Program-made: the position numbers and the translations under genes | Source: the human T2T-CHM13v2.0 reference genome, Homo sapiens | Assembly (NCBI RefSeq): GCF_009914755.1 | Contig: NC_060929.1 | Direction: 5' to 3' (one strand) | Length of the DNA stretch: 64,000 nt | Shown here: piece by piece, positions 57,197 to 64,000 of the stretch | Layout: each line of letters starts with the position of its first letter | How positions within the stretch are numbered: position 1 is the first letter of the stretch | Notes under the pieces: model-generated | What the model was told of the DNA's origin: nothing | Databases searched by the model: none | Seen by the model: only the letters and a program-made list of their open reading frames with translations

Positions 57197-58041
57197 TAGT
57201 AAAAGTACAATAGTTTGTAGTGAATCTCTCTATTCTAAGCTACTGGGAATGAAAGCCAGGGTCTAGAAAATAATCTTTATGGTTTGTTTGCATGTTCAAA
57301 ATAACTAATTTGTGGATACTGATCTCTTTCAAATGCTGGTTTTTTTAGATGAACAAAAGGGTCATTTGTGAGTAATGATAAGGAAGAGGCTGCCTCCAGT
57401 CTATGCATTCCATTCATTACCAGGCCATCCCTGCAGGACCTGTTCTTTTGCCTCCAGCCTGCCTTATGGCATCACTTTGAATTTTGATTTCTTTTTTCCT
57501 TTTCATCTTTGCTTGTTCTTCCTTTTTCCCTTTCTCATTTTTCCAAAATGAGAAACTGTAGTATATAATTTTAAAAGTATGGATAAAATTACTCTTCAGG
57601 TTTAAACTACTTCCAAAGGTAGAGAAAAATCTTAAATTGTTTAAATTGTGAAATGTCAAAGGGTCATTGAGATGACTCTTTAGCAGTTAAATCTTTTCTA
57701 TGAAAATTACATATATTTGAAATACATGTATGAAAACTAGACTTTACTAATTAGGGATTTGTGATAATTCAACCTGGTAAAGACTAAAAAGTTTTTCACT
57801 ATTTAGAAATGACTTAACAGAGAAGCAATACTATACATATGATTATAGAACTAAGTTTAATTTACTTAAGACAAAGAGTATTTGAATATATGTTTAGAGC
57901 CAAAAGATATTGTTATCTATTCAACAAAATACATCCAACAAGAAGTCTTAGTACATTTTCTTAGCAGATAATTGGAGTCACTTTTTTATTTTGAAAGCAA
58001 GAGGCCCATATAACTTTAAAGAAATACTTCGTATGTGTGTG

Positions 58042-58158
58042 TGGAGACAGGGTTCCATTATACTGGCCAAGTTGGTCTCAAATTCCTAGCCTCAAGCAAT
58101 CCTCCTGCCTTGGCCTCCCTAAGTGCTGGGATTATAGGCATGAGCCACCATGCCAGGC
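58042..58158 (-). mobile_element. FLAM / Alu left monomer
   Basis: GAGACAGGGTT...CTCAAGCAATCCTCCTGCCTTGGCCTCCC...GAGCCACCATGCC; single arm. Confidence 0.85.
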
Positions 58159-58756
58159 AAAAACTACTGTAAATGAGATTTTAAAAAATTAATTCAGAAT
58201 ATCTTCCTTTTTGAGTTGTTCCATATTAATGAGGTTTTACTGTAATTAGCTGTTCTGTAGGCAACAGGAATCCTTAAGAGGAAGTAACTATTTGCCTTCC
58301 ACTGACTTCCAGGAAGAAAGTTAATATATTGTATAGCAACATTATACTTTTATAGAGATCATTTTCCAGATGATCTCAACTTCAAAATATAATGTTCAGA
58401 GCCAGGACATGAACATAAGTCTCCGAGCAGTCAAAAACAACTATTAAAAAGCACAAAATCTCATACCTTAACTCTGAAAGAGATCTCTTAGATGCTCAAC
58501 TCATATCCTACTCATTTTTACTTTGCATATATTTCTAACAAGCTTCCATATTAGTTTCCCCGCCTTGAGAATGAAATCAACACATTAGACATAACACAAT
58601 GTTAGAAGCAAATTCACTGACAACAGCAAAAAGGAAGAACTCATAGTCTTTAGATCAAAGAAAGAATTGAAAAAGAACTATAAGAGCAGAAATATTTTCT
58701 CAAAAAATCTGAGACCATTTAATGTAGGAACACACAGTTCAATATTTCAATAATAC

Positions 58757-58814
58757 CTGACAATATGAATGAATTTCAGCATCATTCTGGAATTGACAAT
58801 CCATGATAGTGGCC
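58757..58814 (-). other. Candidate 58-nt internal exon
   Basis: TCTTTTCTTGATGATTCAG|GGCCAC...TGTCAG|GTATTA. Confidence 0.3.
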
Positions 58815-59869
58815 CTGAATCATCAAGAAAAGATAGAACTAATTTAAGGTAGCAAAGTAAGTATACTGTATTTTAGAATTATTCTACCCAGAATTATTAC
58901 AATAATTTTTAAAATTTAAAGGCAAGAATCTTAGTAATCTGGAAAATGTTTATATTAAAGATTATGTTCCTTGAAAATGCCAGAAAAACGAGGCATCTCT
59001 GTGACTGTCAGATTTGGAATATTTTAGAGAGCAGCTGGGTAATTTCCTCTGAGCTATAATCTCTACTGCTTTCAAATTTTCTGCTGGGAGGAAAGAGGAA
59101 AGCACCACAGATATCTGAACTGTGTGGCCAGTTAGACCATTAGCTCTCTCTTTTTCAGCATTCTCTGTGTGATGGAAAAGGCACAGGCATTGACATTCAA
59201 TCTGTTTGACCCCTGGTTCTGCTGCTCAATAGTTTGATAACATTGGACAAACTACTTCAAACCTCAAATTTCTATCTGTAACTAGGGATTATTTTACCTA
59301 CTCAGGGAGCTGTTTTAAGTGTACAGTGCCAGAGTCCAATTCTGAGCTTAATCTTGTACATTTCTTTCCTGTCATTTTGCTCTCAGTGACCAGCTTCTGG
59401 GCACTTACACAGAGAGTAGAAGTGGAGAAGAGTCAGAGGAAGGAGGTGGCTTTTGCAAGCTAGTGTTAAAGAATTGGTTCAAATACAGTTAATACAGAAA
59501 GATTAGCCCATTCAGCTCCCTACCATCAGTGTGACATTCCAGAATGTCTTTCTTCAAATGCTTGATGTGGAGTTTCTTTTCCTTTCCAAGAAGAATTTTA
59601 AATGCATAAAAATGATGAAGCACGGGAAAGCTAACAGGCCCTTCACAGTGCAATTATTGTATGCCCAACTTATCTTGGGAATTATTATGAACCGTTCAAT
59701 ACCAAAGACATACTCCTAAGAGCATAGACTCATTCATTCCTCATTCATCAACCATTCAACCAGCATTTGTTATGTGCCTGTCATGTTCCCAGCACTGCTC
59801 CAAGCACTAGGTATTCAAAGGCATAGTCTTTGACCTCAGGAATATTATAGCCTTGTAGACAAGTGCTCT

Positions 59870-60040
59870 AAAGTCTTGGCACTCAAAATGTGACCTGTGG
59901 ACCAGCAGTTATCAGCATCACCTGGTAGCTTGCTAGAAATTCAGAACCTCAGGTCCCAACTCAGGCCTAATGAATCAGAATCTGCATTGTAACAAGATTA
60001 CCAGGTAATTCACGTGCACATTATAATTTGAAAAGCACAG
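59870..60040. mobile_element. MER5A DNA transposon relic
   Basis: CTCAAAATGTG...GGACCAGCAG..ATCAGCATCACCTGG...GAATCAGAATCTGCATT. Confidence 0.8.
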
Positions 60041-60160
60041 CTTTATCATATTACACCTGATGGGATTGGGAGATATTCTTGGGAAAAGCTAGGGTTCAAT
60101 GGTAGGCTATTCATTTTGATGTTATGTGGCTCAAGAAAGGTTGTACACCAAAAGTGACAT

Positions 60161-60601
60161 GTATTAGTTTGCTAGAGCTGCTGTAAGAAAATATTACAAA
60201 CTTGCTGGCTCAAACAACAGAACTTTATTGTCTCACAGTTCTGGAGGTGGGAAGTCTTAAATCCAGGTGTTGGCAGTGTTGGTTCCCTTTGAAGGCTGGG
60301 AGAGGGAATCAGTTCCATGATTCTTTCCTAGCTTCTTGCGGCCTGAGTCATTTCTTGGCTTATGGATGGCCATCTCCTCCCTATGTCTTCTCATTGTCTT
60401 CCTTCTATGCATGTCTGTCTCTGTGTCCAAATTTCTCCTTTTTGTAAGGACAACAGTCATTTTGGATTAGGGCCTACTTTAACGACCCCATTCTTGACTT
60501 GATCATCTGCAAATACCCTATTTCCAAATAAGGTTACATTCACAGGTATTGGGGTTTAGAACTTGAATATCTTTCAGGGGGATATATTTCAACCCTTAAC
60601 A
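60161..60601 (-). mobile_element. MLT1B/C-like LTR
   Basis: TGTATTAGTTTGCTAG...AAACAACAGAACTTTATTGTCTCACAGTTCTGGAGG...TTTCCAAATAAGGTTACATTCACAGGTA. Confidence 0.85.
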
Positions 60602-60604
60602 TGA

Positions 60605-61224
<620 letters not shown>

Positions 61225-62199
61225 CTATGTTTTCAGCTCCCTGGAAATAGGGTATAGGGTAGACTGAATTTACTTTGGGGATTAGAGTCATCTCTGAAGA
61301 GGTCACCCCTCTGGTCTCAGTGATTGATGATGAGGGCCTGAGCTGGGGTAACATCAAAGAAGAGTAGGGGAAATGATAAAAAGAAATGGTGCTGTATGCC
61401 AGCCCTGGAGTTTGTTTAAATCCCAGGTTCTCACCCAGTCTGCAGGTATGGGCGGTGCTTAGCCTCAGAGGGCAGGGATTACCCTACCCATATGAGCCTT
61501 GGGATTTGTGTTGGCCCAAAAAGAAAGCAAGACAAAGGATGCTCCCTGCTCCAACTCCCCTACCGTCAGCCCTCTGTAGTCAGCCTAGGGGTACATCAGC
61601 AGACTGAAGATTTTCCTTCAAGATACCAGCAATATTCAGAAAAAGCTGCAGCAGCAGAAACATTCATGACTCTCCTGGGATCCAGATCAAAGAACAAAGA
61701 AGAACCTGGACTGAAAGGCAGTCTCTATCTAACTAGAGAATTTAGGAATTAATTTAGAATCTTATCTTTCCAAAACTTTGGAGGGGGGCCAGCTCTTAAA
61801 GAAGAGTATTAGAGGAAAAACACCAAAGTATTAAATGGCTCCAAAGATCTGATGAACATGTGTAATCGCTGAAAGGCTGGCTGTACTGGAAGCCCTGTTA
61901 TGGTCTGGGGAATTAGAGGGGATCTTTCTAATTCATGTTCAGTGTAATTTCTGTAAGCCCTTGGTTCTCCATCTAATGACCTGCTGAGCACAAACATAAA
62001 GCACTGTTAGGTTATACTAAGGCCTACCTGAAAGTGGTGCAGGAAACCCCAAAACTACACATGGTTCTCATAGAATCCCTTAAGTCAAAGTCAAAGTCCT
62101 CTCCTGGGCCCACTGACAATTCAGGTGGACTCTGAGGAAGACAGAGAAGTGGTATGGCAGCTATAAATGAGAAACTTATCTTCATTATTGCACCTTATT

Positions 62200-62385
62200 G
62201 CTTAGACATTTTTACTGTAAAAGATCAGATAGTAAATACTTTAGGGTTTGTGGGCCACATACAGTCTTTGTCCCATATTCTCTGCTTTTGGGATTTTTTT
62301 TTTTAAAAAACAATGCTTTAAAAACATTTTTAGTTTGTGGGCCATACAAAACAGGCTAAAGGCCTTCGTTAGCAAACCTTGGCTT
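62200..62385 (+). mobile_element. MER58-type (MER58C-like) hAT-Charlie relic
   Basis: CTGTAAAAGATCAGATAGTAAATA.TTTAGG...GGGCCACATAC...GGGCCATACAAAACAGGC. Confidence 0.75.
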
Positions 62386-62937
62386 AGAGCAGGCTCATGA
62401 TGCCTAGAAAACAATAGATAAGCAACCTGTTTTACTTAATCATTTGAAGACATTTGGGTTTTTCTTCACACTTCTTCCGACCATAAAGTCTGATTCACTA
62501 GAGTCTTGTAGTTATTAGCTCACTTGTTTGAGTGCTCTCCAAGAATTCAGGAGTGAAGCTGTGTGGCCTGCTTTCTGCTGAGGCCTCAGGACCAGAAGTG
62601 ATTGATTGATGTGCAAGAAGCAAATGGTCTCTTGTCTTCCACTGACTGCAATAAAACCATCAGCACTAATAAGAAAACAAGCTCCCCACTGAGAAGCCAA
62701 AGGAATGGGCCTGCCTCTAGGATGGTATGATTTTGCCTTCCCCAAATAGTCATGGATTATACTTCCAATTAGCTCCAACCCTCATGGCATCCTGTACAGC
62801 ATCTCTTGGGGAGATGTCTGGCCAGTTCACACATGTCAGGTGTTATATTAGTAACACACCTCCTGGTATCAATACAACAGGCCTGGTGTTTGCTTTCTGA
62901 CTCATAGACATGGTTTCCATGGAACTGCAGTACATAC

Positions 62938-62989
62938 CACCAACAATGCCCAGTCTGTTCCATGTACAGACCCTTTCAGAGTGTCTGGC
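62938..62989 (-). other. Candidate 52-nt internal exon
   Basis: TTTTTTCTATTCTGCTTTAG|GCCAGAC...TTGGTG|GTATGT. Confidence 0.4.
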
Positions 62990-63119
62990 CTAAAGCAGAA
63001 TAGAAAAAACGAAATAATCTGAGAAAGAATTTTTAAAAAACAAACTAACAAAAAAGTCAATATAGATGTATCTCAATTGCAAATCCAAATCTCTATTCCA
63101 ACATCATAAAATGCAGACA

Positions 63120-63175
63120 ACTATGTACAATGATATAGATAGATAAATACTATGTACAATGACATACATAGACAC
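63120..63175 (+). repeat. ~29-bp tandem duplication
   Basis: ACTATGTACAATGATATAGATAGATAAAT followed by ACTATGTACAATGACATACATAGAC. Confidence 0.8.
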
Positions 63176-64000
63176 TATAGAATGAATTAGGCTCTAACAT
63201 ATATGCAAAGACAAAAAAATACGGTGTGTGTCTTTGACCCCGAACAGTGGTAGTATTTTATTCCAGAAGCATTATTAAAGAAGTTGATTAGCATCTCCAT
63301 AAAGATAGTTAGGTACTGACTATAGGGGAAATAAACTTCTGATGTATACTCCTCATGCTGGGGGAAAGAAGAAAAATTGTTTAGGCACGTTGTTATCTTC
63401 TCGTTTCCTTCACACCCTCCAATTCTGCTTAGCATGCAAACTACTATAGTGGACAATCTGCCAACAAACAGAAAGAAAAAGATGTGTCTATCATTCAAGT
63501 GTGAGTTTTTTGTCACGTGAGCCCAGAAGCAAGTCACTCTCTTCCTAGCAGATAAAGTTGTTCCCTGGCTATATACATGGATGTTTCCCTGTGTGCCTTG
63601 AAATCCACACAGAGTGAGTTTGCAATTGTGTTTCCAGAAAGGTGTAAGGTGAAAAATAAAAGCCCACTTCTCAGCTATTGTATTGCTGGCTTATTTTATG
63701 TGCAAAATATTATATTTAAGTAGAGCATTTGTAGAAAATTTTATATAACTTGAAAAATTCTCACTAGAATTTCTACAACATCAATGTAAATCTCATGTTG
63801 GCTTAAGATTTAAACACACACGTGAGCTACTATTGAACGGCACAAGTTTAAAACTGTCTACAAAGAAATATAATTGACTAATATGGAAGGAATATACAAC
63901 AGTACAAATGATGTAAAGTAAATTGCCCTTTAAATTATATGCACTTTAATAACTAAAAACATTGTACTGCACATAAGGGATTTTACAAGTCATAGCATTT

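Overview
Primate (very probably human) genomic DNA. About half is interspersed repeat: at least 17 Alu/FLAM pieces (many with readable target-site duplications, TSDs), a solo HERV-W LTR17 (6607-7409, TSD CAAT), a ~5.3 kb 5'-truncated L1MA-type element with three nested insertions, MST/MLT1 MaLR LTRs, many L2/MIR relics and MER5/MER58/MADE1 DNA-transposon relics. One CpG-island promoter (~11.1-12.1 kb; NRF1, GC box, ETS-like, full CRE, G4 motif) appears to start a minus-strand gene whose first exon ends ATGGCG|GTGAGA. I cannot name this gene. No long protein-coding exon is recognisable, and the supplied ORFs are mostly repeat-derived or chance. The most unusual items are: a ~235 bp diverged duplication whose second copy sits in an L2 and leads into a 57/60-nt GAA-rich exon-like unit; a triple NR5A-site tandem repeat; a perfect 4-unit heat-shock element; a duplicated 24-mer with an EBF motif; a nested inverted-repeat/E-box cluster; a 4-nt ATG microexon candidate; and a possible minus-strand spliced transcript with a 52-aa smORF. 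None demonstrates a new biological system. Repeat subfamilies are called by eye from remembered consensus features, and boundaries of old repeats are approximate.
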